A stretch of 32,000 bases of DNA from Geotalea daltonii FRC-32 (GCF_000022265.1 NC_011979.1:330001-362000); one strand, 5' to 3'. Shown: positions 23,609 to 30,941, counted from the stretch's first letter. Numbers and translations are program-made. The notes: generated by a model from the sequence alone, not told the origin.

Positions 23609-24388
23609 ATGCCGGAGTTGCCTGATCTGACTGTTTTTGCCGAAAACCTGGGTAAGAGGGTAACGAAGAAAATGATACGATCGGTGACGTGCGGGAGAAA
23701 TTTGCGCCTGAATGTTTCTCCCCGGGAACTTGCAGAATCATTGCAGGATCAGGTGATAGAAGGTGTGGAACGCTGGGGAAAGGAGATCCGGTTTCTCCTT
23801 GGCAACGGCAAAATATTACACGTCCATCTGATGCTGACCGGCGGCTTCGTTATAACCGGCAAGCCGGACAAGGTTCCTTTTCCGCAGCTGGTGATCGGCT
23901 TCGAGGACGATACAAGCCTTGTCGTCACCGATGAAAAAGCCATGGCCATGGCGGCACTCGATCCGGAAAAGGCGGAAGCTTCACCTGATGCCCTGGCGGT
24001 AACCGTCGATGAGCTGAAACGCCTGATTTCCAGGTTTCCGAAGGCTAAGGCCAAGGCGTTTCTCATCGACCAGAAAGTGATGCGCGGCATAGGCAACGCC
24101 TATGCTGACGAGATCTTGTGGGAAGCCCGCATCTCACCCCTGTCTTTGATGGGAAAGCTGACCCCCCAGACCATTGAAGTGCTTGCGGAAAAAATACCGG
24201 CAGTCCTGCAGTGGGCCATTGTCTCCATCAAGGAGAGGAATCCCGGCATCACTGCCGGTGAGATCCGGGATTTCCTACAGGTGCATAACCCTTCCCGCAA
24301 AACATCACCCACGGGACGACCGATCATCAAGGAGAAGATTGCCCAGAAGACGACCTATTATACCGATGAGCAGAAACTATATGTATAG
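23609..24388 (+). CDS. Fpg/Nei-family DNA glycosylase/AP lyase with a cysteine-less C-terminal finger
   Basis: The SD is AAGGAG. The N-terminus MPELPDL provides catalytic Pro2/Glu3. WGKEIRF is present, and the H2TH region is MRGIGNAYADEILWEARISP. The C-terminus has no cysteines. Confidence 0.8.
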   Translation: MPELPDLTVFAENLGKRVTKKMIRSVTCGRNLRLNVSPRELAESLQDQVIEGVERWGKEIRFLLGNGKILHVHLMLTGGFVITGKPDKVPFPQLVIGFEDDTSLVVTDEKAMAMAALDPEKAEASPDALAVTVDELKRLISRFPKAKAKAFLIDQKVMRGIGNAYADEILWEARISPLSLMGKLTPQTIEVLAEKIPAVLQWAIVSIKERNPGITAGEIRDFLQVHNPSRKTSPTGRPIIKEKIAQKTTYYTDEQKLYV

Positions 24389-24407
24389 GATAGTACGAAG
24401 AAAATTT

Positions 24408-24437
24408 TTGACTTATTTGTGCGGTTTCAGGTAAATT
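24408..24437 (+). promoter_or_regulatory. Candidate sigma70 promoter (TTGACT-17-GTAAAT)
   Basis: -35 at 24408-24413 and -10 GTAAAT/TAAATT at 24431-24437. It would give a leader of about 155 nt before ATG 24602. Confidence 0.45.
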
Positions 24438-24449
24438 GTTGAAGAAGTG

Positions 24450-24557
24450 TGGTGCTTGACCAACGAGTAGCCATCCGCAAAGGATGAACGGAAAACCTGC
24501 AGGCCTTAGGAATAGCCGGGTTGCCGAAGTCACACGAATCGGCCCCCGGCTATTTTT
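24450..24557 (+). promoter_or_regulatory. Structured 5' leader with terminator; candidate riboswitch with a GEMM-I-like 3' half
   Basis: Hairpin CAUCC-GCAAA-GGAUG (24472-24486), AACGGAAAACC (24487-24497) and UAGGAAUAGCCGGGUUGCCGAAG (24507-24529). This last segment is shared with the 5' arm of a strong terminator. The class assignment is from memory of the GEMM-I consensus and is uncertain. Confidence 0.4.
24512..24557 (+). terminator. Strong intrinsic terminator inside the leader of the 24602 gene
   Basis: AUAGCCGGG-UU-GCCGA-[11 nt]-UCGGC-C-CCCGGCUAU is followed by UUUUUG. It lies 45 nt upstream of the lipoprotein start and after the candidate promoter. Confidence 0.8.
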
Positions 24558-24601
24558 GCGTATCAACCATTTTCAACACAGTCAAAGGAGCAGAACAACT
24601 G

Positions 24602-25756
24602 ATGAAAAGAATTCCGATCCTGGCCGGCAACCGAAAAGGCCTGACTTCCTTTCCTGTCGGTCTGGTATTCCTTGCCATGACCGCAACATTCAGCCTGTCT
24701 GGATGTACCGAGAGCCAATCTTCCCCTGCCCAAGCCAAGGCTTTTGCCGCAGCGACCACGGCAAAGCAGGCAGAGACAGTTGCTGCTCCGGCCGCAGCTG
24801 CATTTGCCACAGCCAGCTCAGCTGCCAAAACGGCTGCCGGTGCGACGAGCAAAACCTATACCTCTGCAAAGGCTGAGGCCAAATCTCCCAAGGGCAAGTA
24901 CCTTGCCGGTGAAGACCCTGCCTATGCCAAGCGTTGCGGCTGGCCGGTCAAGTGTGCGGAGCCGCTGCCCGGCTCCATTCTGCCCAGGAAGCGCATCGTC
25001 GCCTATTACGGCAATCCACTTTCCAAACGGATGGGCGCCCTTGGAGAATTTCAGAAGGACGACATGCTGCGCCGTCTGAAGGGAGAGGCAGCGCGTTGGG
25101 AGAAGGCGGATCCGTCGACTCCGGTGCAGCCAGCCCTCCACCTGATTGCAGTAGTGGCCCAGGGTGAACCGGGCAAGGCAGGCAAGTACAGGATGGTGAT
25201 GCCCGACAAAATTATCAACGAGGTCTATGGCTGGGCGAAAGAGGCCAATGCCGTTCTCTTCATAGATATCCAGACCGGTCATGACGATATCCGTAATATA
25301 TTGCCGCGCTTCGAATGGATCCTGAAGAACCCGGACGTCCACCTGGGAATCGACCCGGAATTCAATCTGATCAAGAGCGGCAAGGTTCCAGGCAAAAAGA
25401 TCGGCACCTATGACGCCGAGGACATCAATTATGCCTCCGGCTATCTCCGCGATCTGGTGAAGAAATATAACCTGCCGCCGAAGCTGTTCACGGTGCACCG
25501 CTTTACTCGCAACGGGGTCACCAACTTCAAGAAGATCGCCCTGCGCCCTGAAGTCCAGATAGTCATGCATATGGACGGCTGGGGGGCGCCATGGCTGAAA
25601 CGCGATTCCTACAAGGACTATATCATCTCCGAACCGGTTCAGTATACAGGGTTCAAGCTCTTCTACCACAATGACACCAAAAAAGGGGATCCACTGATGA
25701 CTCCACAGGACCTGCTCAAACTTGAGCCGAAGCCCCTTTATGTTCAATATCAATAG
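24602..25756 (+). CDS. Lipoprotein of unknown function with Ala-rich linker and a possible glycoside-hydrolase-like C-terminal domain
   Basis: ATG 24602 follows AAAGGAG. Lipobox LSGC. A low-complexity Ala/Thr/Lys linker is followed by a roughly 280-aa globular domain (…IDIQTGH…HLGIDPEF…). The functional call is weak. Confidence 0.45.
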   Translation: MKRIPILAGNRKGLTSFPVGLVFLAMTATFSLSGCTESQSSPAQAKAFAAATTAKQAETVAAPAAAAFATASSAAKTAAGATSKTYTSAKAEAKSPKGKYLAGEDPAYAKRCGWPVKCAEPLPGSILPRKRIVAYYGNPLSKRMGALGEFQKDDMLRRLKGEAARWEKADPSTPVQPALHLIAVVAQGEPGKAGKYRMVMPDKIINEVYGWAKEANAVLFIDIQTGHDDIRNILPRFEWILKNPDVHLGIDPEFNLIKSGKVPGKKIGTYDAEDINYASGYLRDLVKKYNLPPKLFTVHRFTRNGVTNFKKIALRPEVQIVMHMDGWGAPWLKRDSYKDYIISEPVQYTGFKLFYHNDTKKGDPLMTPQDLLKLEPKPLYVQYQ

Positions 25757-25779
25757 ACGCTTATTTTTTCATTAAACAG

Positions 25780-25810
25780 AGGACCGGCTGCTGCCTGCCG
25801 GTCCTTTTTC
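25780..25810 (+). terminator. Intrinsic terminator
   Basis: AGGACCGGC-8 nt-GCCGGUCCU followed by UUUUUC. Confidence 0.8.
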
Positions 25811-25863
25811 ATTGCGTGATCAGTATGAGTGGCGAGATAATGAATTCTGTTTAACTTTTTGGG

Positions 25864-25892
25864 TTGCCAGGTCCGATCTTCTTCTTTATACT
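25864..25892 (+). promoter_or_regulatory. Candidate sigma70 promoter (TTGCCA-17-TATACT)
   Basis: -35 at 25864-25869 and -10 at 25887-25892, about 58 nt upstream of ATG 25950. Confidence 0.45.
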
Positions 25893-25949
25893 TTCAGGGA
25901 GCAGTTTTTTGTAAGCTAAAAAACACTTTATTAATGGGGAGGAGTCGAT

Positions 25950-26276
25950 ATGAACAAAGTCAGAAGATCCATCGTTACCCTGACAGCCTTGGCCGCCCTG
26001 ACTGGTCTCGTTTTTACTGCAGGTTGCCAAACAGGTAGAGGCACTGGCGGCAGTACCGGCAGCGATACCGGGAGCAGCACTTATGGGACAGGGACTGGCG
26101 GATCAACTGGATCGGAAACAACCGGCACCGGGGGCACAACCGGCACCGGCGGCTCGACAGACACCAGTGGTTCCACCGGCTCAAGCAGCGGCGGATCAAC
26201 AGGCAGCGGCACAGGCGGAAGCATGGACAGCGGCACCAGCGGCACAAAGGGCAGTGGTGGGTCCGGTTGGTATTAA
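25950..26276 (+). CDS. Gly/Ser/Thr-rich low-complexity lipoprotein (108 aa)
   Basis: The SD is GGGGAGGAG. Lipobox FTAGC. The mature part is almost entirely G/S/T repeats (GTGGSTGS variants) and ends GSGWY. Confidence 0.7.
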   Translation: MNKVRRSIVTLTALAALTGLVFTAGCQTGRGTGGSTGSDTGSSTYGTGTGGSTGSETTGTGGTTGTGGSTDTSGSTGSSSGGSTGSGTGGSMDSGTSGTKGSGGSGWY

Positions 26277-26337
26277 TTCATTAGCATGAATGTACCCGAT
26301 GCTGTAGTTACGCTGAAGACTTGTATAATTTATGAAG

Positions 26338-26376
26338 GGGGGGACAGGAAACCAAACGGTGCTGTCCCCCCTTTTT
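26338..26376 (+). terminator. Intrinsic terminator
   Basis: GGGGGGACAG-14 nt-CUGUCCCCCC followed by UUUUUGG. Confidence 0.8.
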
Positions 26377-26412
26377 GGTCTCCGACAGATAAAAAGTTTA
26401 ATGGAGTGCTGT

Positions 26413-27006
26413 ATGGCGGCGACCGGACTGAACCATAGCGACGGGGCAAAAAACGGGGAAATGGCTGCCGTTGTCGACCGGAACATCGAGGCACTCCTTG
26501 CCCGGCGCCAGGTGGAAGAGCAGGAGAAAAAACGAGAGGACAGGATCGCCGATGCCATCACCCGTTTCACCGGCAGCATGCCGTTCGTCTACTTGCATGT
26601 TGTGGTTTTCGGTAGCTGGATTCTTATCAACACAGGATGGATGCCATTCATTCATCCCTTTGATCCCAGTTTCGTCATACTGGCCATGGCGGCATCGGTG
26701 GAGGCAATCTTTCTTTCCACCTTCGTCCTTATCAGCCAGAACAGAATGCAGGCCATATCCGACAAGCGGGCAGAGCTGAGCCTGCACATAAGCCTTTTGG
26801 CCGAGCACGAGGTGACGCGTATCATAACTCTGGTGACTGCGGTAGCGGAAAGAATGGGCATCGAGGAGTCACAGAACCCTGAACTGAAGGAGCTGGCAAA
26901 GGACGTGGCACCCGAGCAGGTCCTGGACAGGATGGAACAGGTGGGGGGCCAAGCGTCCGGGAAAAATCTGTCAGAACGGGAGGTAAAGACCGAAAAAGGG
27001 AGGTGA
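26413..27006 (+). CDS. DUF1003-like membrane protein
   Basis: ATG 26413 has GGAG 6 nt upstream; an alternative ATG is at 26401. The track start 26332 lies inside the upstream terminator. ADAITRFTGSMPFVYLHVVVFGSWILIN and two TM helices resemble DUF1003. Confidence 0.65.
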   Translation: MAATGLNHSDGAKNGEMAAVVDRNIEALLARRQVEEQEKKREDRIADAITRFTGSMPFVYLHVVVFGSWILINTGWMPFIHPFDPSFVILAMAASVEAIFLSTFVLISQNRMQAISDKRAELSLHISLLAEHEVTRIITLVTAVAERMGIEESQNPELKELAKDVAPEQVLDRMEQVGGQASGKNLSEREVKTEKGR

Positions 27007-27011
27007 GAACC

Positions 27012-27170
27012 ATGAACCAAACTGACTGGGGCTGGTTTAATTACGGATTCATCTTTGTTATCATCCTGCTCGTTGTGCTGGTGTTATTCAGCTACATATA
27101 TTTCAATCCCAGGAAAAAGGGTAAACCACCCAACATAGACAAGAAAGCGGGGGATGAAGGGGAGGATTAA
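27012..27170 (+). CDS. Unlisted small ORF: 52-aa single-pass membrane peptide
   Basis: ATG 27012 follows GGGAGGTGA and lies 5 nt after the DUF1003 stop. The product is MNQTDWGWFNYGFIFVIILLVVLVLFSYIYFNPRKKGKPPNIDKKAGDEGED: one hydrophobic helix plus a charged tail. A terminator follows. Confidence 0.6.
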   Translation: MNQTDWGWFNYGFIFVIILLVVLVLFSYIYFNPRKKGKPPNIDKKAGDEGED

Positions 27171-27190
27171 CGGGAAATACAGCTTAACAG

Positions 27191-27225
27191 AAAAGGCTGC
27201 TTCCGGCGAAAGCAGCCTTTTTTCA
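27191..27225. terminator. Bidirectional intrinsic terminator
   Basis: AAAAGGCUGCUU-7 nt-AAGCAGCCUUUU followed by UUU. It sits between the convergent small genes. Confidence 0.8.
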
Positions 27226-27248
27226 TGTCTGGTTGTTGCTGAAGGTTT

Positions 27249-27386
27249 CTATTTTCGCTGCATCCGCTCACCACAGCAGCTCAGTTGGCAGTCTTCCTGG
27301 CTGCGGCATTCCTGCAGCACCTGTACTTCAACACCACATTCCTTTCTTGAGCAGCGGTATGTGCTTCCCTTGGCCAATTCGGACAT
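27249..27386 (-). CDS. Unlisted small ORF: 45-aa desulforedoxin-like Cys-rich protein
   Basis: ATG 27386 follows GAAAGGAGG. The product is MSELAKGSTYRCSRKECGVEVQVLQECRSQEDCQLSCCGERMQRK. The YRC....CG.EV.VL and ..CCGE.M pattern resembles desulforedoxin and the Dfx N-terminal domain. It has 6 Cys. Confidence 0.6.
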   Translation of the reverse strand: MSELAKGSTYRCSRKECGVEVQVLQECRSQEDCQLSCCGERMQRK

Positions 27387-27467
27387 AGAGCCTCCTTTCA
27401 GGTTTTCGGCTGTCTCGCACAGCCTCCAGAATTAGAACCAGTTATAAAAAAGCATAGTCCAAAAGGA

Positions 27468-28754
27468 TTGGGAGTCAAGGAACAACTACCTTTATGGAAT
27501 ATGAATTGCATCCGCATCTGTACGGTTCATTCCCCTTCAACAGGAGCTACCTTGCGCCCATTTACCCTGGTCTTCCGAGACCGTGATCTGGAAAAAGAAT
27601 TCCGGAAAGCCAACTACGAAAAAAACCTGCCTCAGATCAGGGTGTGTCTGGCGCTGGGTTTTCTGCTCTATGCCTCGTTCGGAATTCTCGATCATTGGAT
27701 TATCCCTGACATTGAGCAATTTGCCTGGACCGTCCGCTATTACATAGTCTGTCCACTGCTGGTCGGGGTCTTCTTTCTCGCCTATTCCGAAATCCGTTAT
27801 CAGTACATGTATCCGCTGATGGTCCTTGCCGGTTTTGTTGCAGGTGTCGGGATCATAGCTATGATCCTGGGAGCGGGTGCGCCGGGGTGCTTCCTCTACT
27901 ACGTGGGATTACTGCTCTGCCTGATGTTTTATTACACATTTTTCCGTCTGCCTTTCCTCGCAGCGACAGTCCTGTCCTGGACAATCTTTCTTCTTTACGA
28001 GGTCTTGGTCATCTGGACTAAAAGTATTCCCCTGCCGATTCTGACGAATAACACATTTTTCTTTATCGCCTTTAACATTACCGGTATGTCCGCCTCTTAC
28101 TCCATAGAGCGTTACATGCGCCAGGACTTCCTGCAGCGGCGAAAAATAAGGGAGCAGACTGAGAATCTGAAGAAGGCTTTGCTGGATGTGGAAAAATCAA
28201 GGCATGAAGCGGAAGAAATGGCAAAGCTTGATCCTCTTACCAGTCTTTACAACAGGCGTCATTTTTTCTCCATCGCCGAACGTGAATTGGCGCGTTACCG
28301 GCGGTACCGCCACAGCCTGTCCATTATCATGATCGACCTGGACCACTTCAAGCGCGTAAACGACACCTACGGCCATTTCATCGGTGACCAGGTGTTGCAG
28401 GCCTTGGCCGCTGCCATTGATAAGCTGATGCGCAAGGCTGACACACCGTGCCGTTATGGAGGAGAGGAATTTGCCATTCTGATGCCGGAAACCGATCTGG
28501 CAGCAGCCCAAAATCTTGGTCGCAGGATCAAGGATGCCATCGAAAGCACCGAGATCGACACCCGCAAAGGCCCGATAAAAGTGACTCTGAGCATGGGAAT
28601 TGCCTCACTTGACGGTGCCGAGGATGCTTGCATCGAGCAGTTGGTCGAAAGAGCCGATCATGCCCTCTACCAAGCGAAATATTCCGGCCGCAGTCTCATA
28701 AGGATCTGGGATAAATCATCCTCTGCAGAAGCACAGCTGGAACTTCTCACGTGA
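27468..28754 (+). CDS. Membrane-anchored GGDEF diguanylate cyclase
   Basis: About 6 N-terminal TM helices and a coiled linker. The GGDEF domain has LTSLYNRRHF, DLDHFKRVNDTYGH, active site RYGGEEF and I-site RKAD. The start is uncertain: TTG 27468 or ATG 27501, neither with a good SD. Confidence 0.85.
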   Translation: MGVKEQLPLWNMNCIRICTVHSPSTGATLRPFTLVFRDRDLEKEFRKANYEKNLPQIRVCLALGFLLYASFGILDHWIIPDIEQFAWTVRYYIVCPLLVGVFFLAYSEIRYQYMYPLMVLAGFVAGVGIIAMILGAGAPGCFLYYVGLLLCLMFYYTFFRLPFLAATVLSWTIFLLYEVLVIWTKSIPLPILTNNTFFFIAFNITGMSASYSIERYMRQDFLQRRKIREQTENLKKALLDVEKSRHEAEEMAKLDPLTSLYNRRHFFSIAERELARYRRYRHSLSIIMIDLDHFKRVNDTYGHFIGDQVLQALAAAIDKLMRKADTPCRYGGEEFAILMPETDLAAAQNLGRRIKDAIESTEIDTRKGPIKVTLSMGIASLDGAEDACIEQLVERADHALYQAKYSGRSLIRIWDKSSSAEAQLELLT

Positions 28755-28778
28755 TGCCCTATCCGAAAGTCCGGTCTT

Positions 28779-29609
28779 TCAGACGCGGCAAAATGGAGTA
28801 AGCTCAAGAAGAAACTCTCTTACTTCCTCCCAATCCCTGAGACCGTAACCTGCCGCCGATTCCACTGCCTCTTCTCCCACAAAAATGCCGAGACCGGTTC
28901 CCTGCAGGGCGCGAAAGGCATCTTCGTCCGTGGTGTCATCCCCAAGATATATGGGCAGCACCTCAGGGCCATTCATCTCCAGTATGTCCAGCAGAGAGAG
29001 AATGGCTTTTCCCTTGTTCCAGTCCGTGTTGGGGAGCAGCTCGAACATCTTTTTTCCCGCCGTTTTCCGGAGCTGGGGATGGCGGTGGATGGCCTGATCC
29101 ACCGCCGCTTCGACAAGTGTCACTTCTTGTTCGGCAACCAGCCGATAATGGACGGTTATAACGAACCGTTTCCTCTCCACGATGGCGCCTTTTACTTCTG
29201 CCAACTGCCGTGAGATTTCCTGGTGGGTAAGGTCAAGGGTTGGCAGGCACTGAATGCCGATTGGCTGTTCAACGTGGAGCCCCTTCGGACCCCCGATCTC
29301 AAAGCCGTGGCTGCCGGCGTAGACGATCGAATCGATATTGACCCGTTGGCGCACATCGGGCAAATCGCGGCCGCTGATGACTCCCACCGTGCATTTTGCC
29401 GCCAGTCTGAGCATTGCCCGGTGCATCTCCGGGGTGATCAGCGCAGAGTCGGGGGTCGGCGTAATGGGTGCGATGGTGCCGTCATAATCGAGGAAGATGA
29501 CCAACTGCCTGCCTCTGCCGAGCTGCAGAATTTCCTGCAGATTTGCCAGCGCCGAGGGAAGAGACTGATGTGATGTCTGATCAACAAATCCACTGCCTCT
29601 ACCAGCCAT
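28779..29609 (-). CDS. otsB: Trehalose-6-phosphate phosphatase (HAD family)
   Basis: ATG 29609 follows AAGGAG. LVIFLDYDGTIAPI is HAD motif I, VISGRD is present, and YLGDDTTDEDAF is motif IV, typical of OtsB. Confidence 0.8.
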   Translation of the reverse strand: MAGRGSGFVDQTSHQSLPSALANLQEILQLGRGRQLVIFLDYDGTIAPITPTPDSALITPEMHRAMLRLAAKCTVGVISGRDLPDVRQRVNIDSIVYAGSHGFEIGGPKGLHVEQPIGIQCLPTLDLTHQEISRQLAEVKGAIVERKRFVITVHYRLVAEQEVTLVEAAVDQAIHRHPQLRKTAGKKMFELLPNTDWNKGKAILSLLDILEMNGPEVLPIYLGDDTTDEDAFRALQGTGLGIFVGEEAVESAAGYGLRDWEEVREFLLELTPFCRV

Positions 29610-29667
29610 TGATGCTCCTTCTGTCAAACTGTCAGCATATGGATTACACCCGCGGCATATTAACAGA

Positions 29668-29699
29668 AAGCCGCTTACCGGCTTCCCGGTAAGCGGCTT
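29668..29699. other. Perfect 14-bp hairpin in the otsB / PPIase divergent region
   Basis: AAGCCGCTTACCGG-CTTC-CCGGTAAGCGGCTT is followed by AAAAAA on the plus strand. It lies 59-90 nt upstream of the otsB start codon. Confidence 0.75.
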
Positions 29700-30000
29700 A
29701 AAAAAGCGATTTTCACCTGTTTCTTCGGTAGCCCGGCTGTCGATAACCTGAGATTAAATCGGAGATCTGATCAAAGATTATAAACCCGTGACTTTGTGCG
29801 CCAGGAGATTTCTCTCGAAGCTTACCTTTTCGGAAACAGGTTAAGTTAACTATAGCTAATATTGGTGGGGTGTCAATTGTCTACCCTGATAAATTTGTCC
29901 ATGGCTACAATCGCCTGATTTTGCTTGATGGGGCAGGTGAAGTGGTGTAAAAATTACCCGTCGCTAACTTCTTAAGGATTTTGCAATAAAAGGAGGAGTC

Positions 30001-30891
30001 ATGCAGGTCAGAAGTTATTTATTTGCTTTGGTTGCCGGAATGTTGTTGGCAGGAACGGTCCATGCCGAAGAAGTAAATCCGGTGGTGGGCAAAGTGGGGG
30101 ATTTTGTTCTGCGTCAGGCCGACCTGGAAAGAGTTATCGCCAACCTGACACCGGAGGCGCAGCAGAAATTCCAGGGGGAGCAGGAGCAGGCAAGCCTCGT
30201 CAACCAGATCCTGCTGACCAAAGCCCTGGCAGCCAAAGCGCGAAAAGAAGGCTTCGAACGGAAGCCGGAGGTAAAGGAGCAGCTCAGCTACATTATCGAC
30301 CAGTTCCTGGGACAGGAATACCTGCGCAAGGTGGTGACGGCAAATGTGGAAGTGCCGGACGCAGAGCTGAAAAAATATTACCAGGAGCACGAGAAGGACT
30401 TCGTCGTTCCCGAGAGGGTCAAGGTCAGGCACATCTACTTTGCGGCGGCAAAAGACGCGACTGCCGAGGTGAAGGCTCAAGCCAGGGCAAAGGCGGAGAA
30501 AATAGCAGAGCAGCTGAAAAAAGGGGGAGATTTTGCCAAGCTGGCCGGTGAAAATTCCGAAGATACCGAATCGGCAGCCAACGGAGGTGATCTGGGTTAC
30601 CTGACCCCCGGCAAGACCAACTCCGAGGAATTCGAGAAGGCGGCGTTCAGCCTGAAGGCGGGGGAGGTTAGTCCAGTGGTGGAGACCCCCTTCGGTTATC
30701 ACATCATCAAGGTTGACGAACGCCAGGAAAAGCGGACGGCAACATTTGAAGAGACTAAAGATTATATCAGCTCCACATTGAAGGCGCAGCTGGAGGAGAA
30801 AAAGGCCAGGGAATTTCTTGACGCGGTAGCCAAGGAGGGGGGGCTGCAGGTTTTCCCAGGCAAGAAGGCAGAGGAGAAAAGCGGGAAATAA
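30001..30891 (+). CDS. Parvulin-type peptidyl-prolyl cis-trans isomerase (PpiC/SurA/PrsA-like), exported
   Basis: The SD is AAAGGAGGAG, followed by a signal peptide. The parvulin domain includes VKVRHIYF...GGDLGYLTPGK...FGYHIIKVDE. Confidence 0.85.
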   Translation: MQVRSYLFALVAGMLLAGTVHAEEVNPVVGKVGDFVLRQADLERVIANLTPEAQQKFQGEQEQASLVNQILLTKALAAKARKEGFERKPEVKEQLSYIIDQFLGQEYLRKVVTANVEVPDAELKKYYQEHEKDFVVPERVKVRHIYFAAAKDATAEVKAQARAKAEKIAEQLKKGGDFAKLAGENSEDTESAANGGDLGYLTPGKTNSEEFEKAAFSLKAGEVSPVVETPFGYHIIKVDERQEKRTATFEETKDYISSTLKAQLEEKKAREFLDAVAKEGGLQVFPGKKAEEKSGK

Positions 30892-30909
30892 CCATAACCC
30901 TATGAACGT

Positions 30910-30941
30910 AAAATGGCCTGCCAGTGTGCAGGCCATTTTTG
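30910..30941 (+). terminator. Intrinsic terminator (first of two in tandem)
   Basis: AAAAUGGCCUGC-6 nt-GCAGGCCAUUUU followed by U. Confidence 0.75.

Noticed and set aside
24521-24601. Track start of the lipoprotein ORF at 24521.
   Set aside because: That start lies inside the leader terminator stem. ATG 24602 has an AAAGGAG SD and immediately yields a signal peptide and lipobox.
26286-26438. 50-aa plus-strand ORF between the GST-rich lipoprotein and DUF1003 genes.
   Set aside because: It has no SD, and it reads straight through the strong terminator hairpin at 26338-26376 and into the DUF1003 start region.
27468-28754. Whether the GGDEF enzyme is a Hypr-type cGAMP synthase, as in Geobacter GacA.
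   Set aside because: The specificity position 9 residues after the Asn of LYNRR is Glu (NRRHFFSIAE), not Ser/Thr as I recall for Hypr GGDEFs. An acidic residue fits ordinary c-di-GMP synthases.
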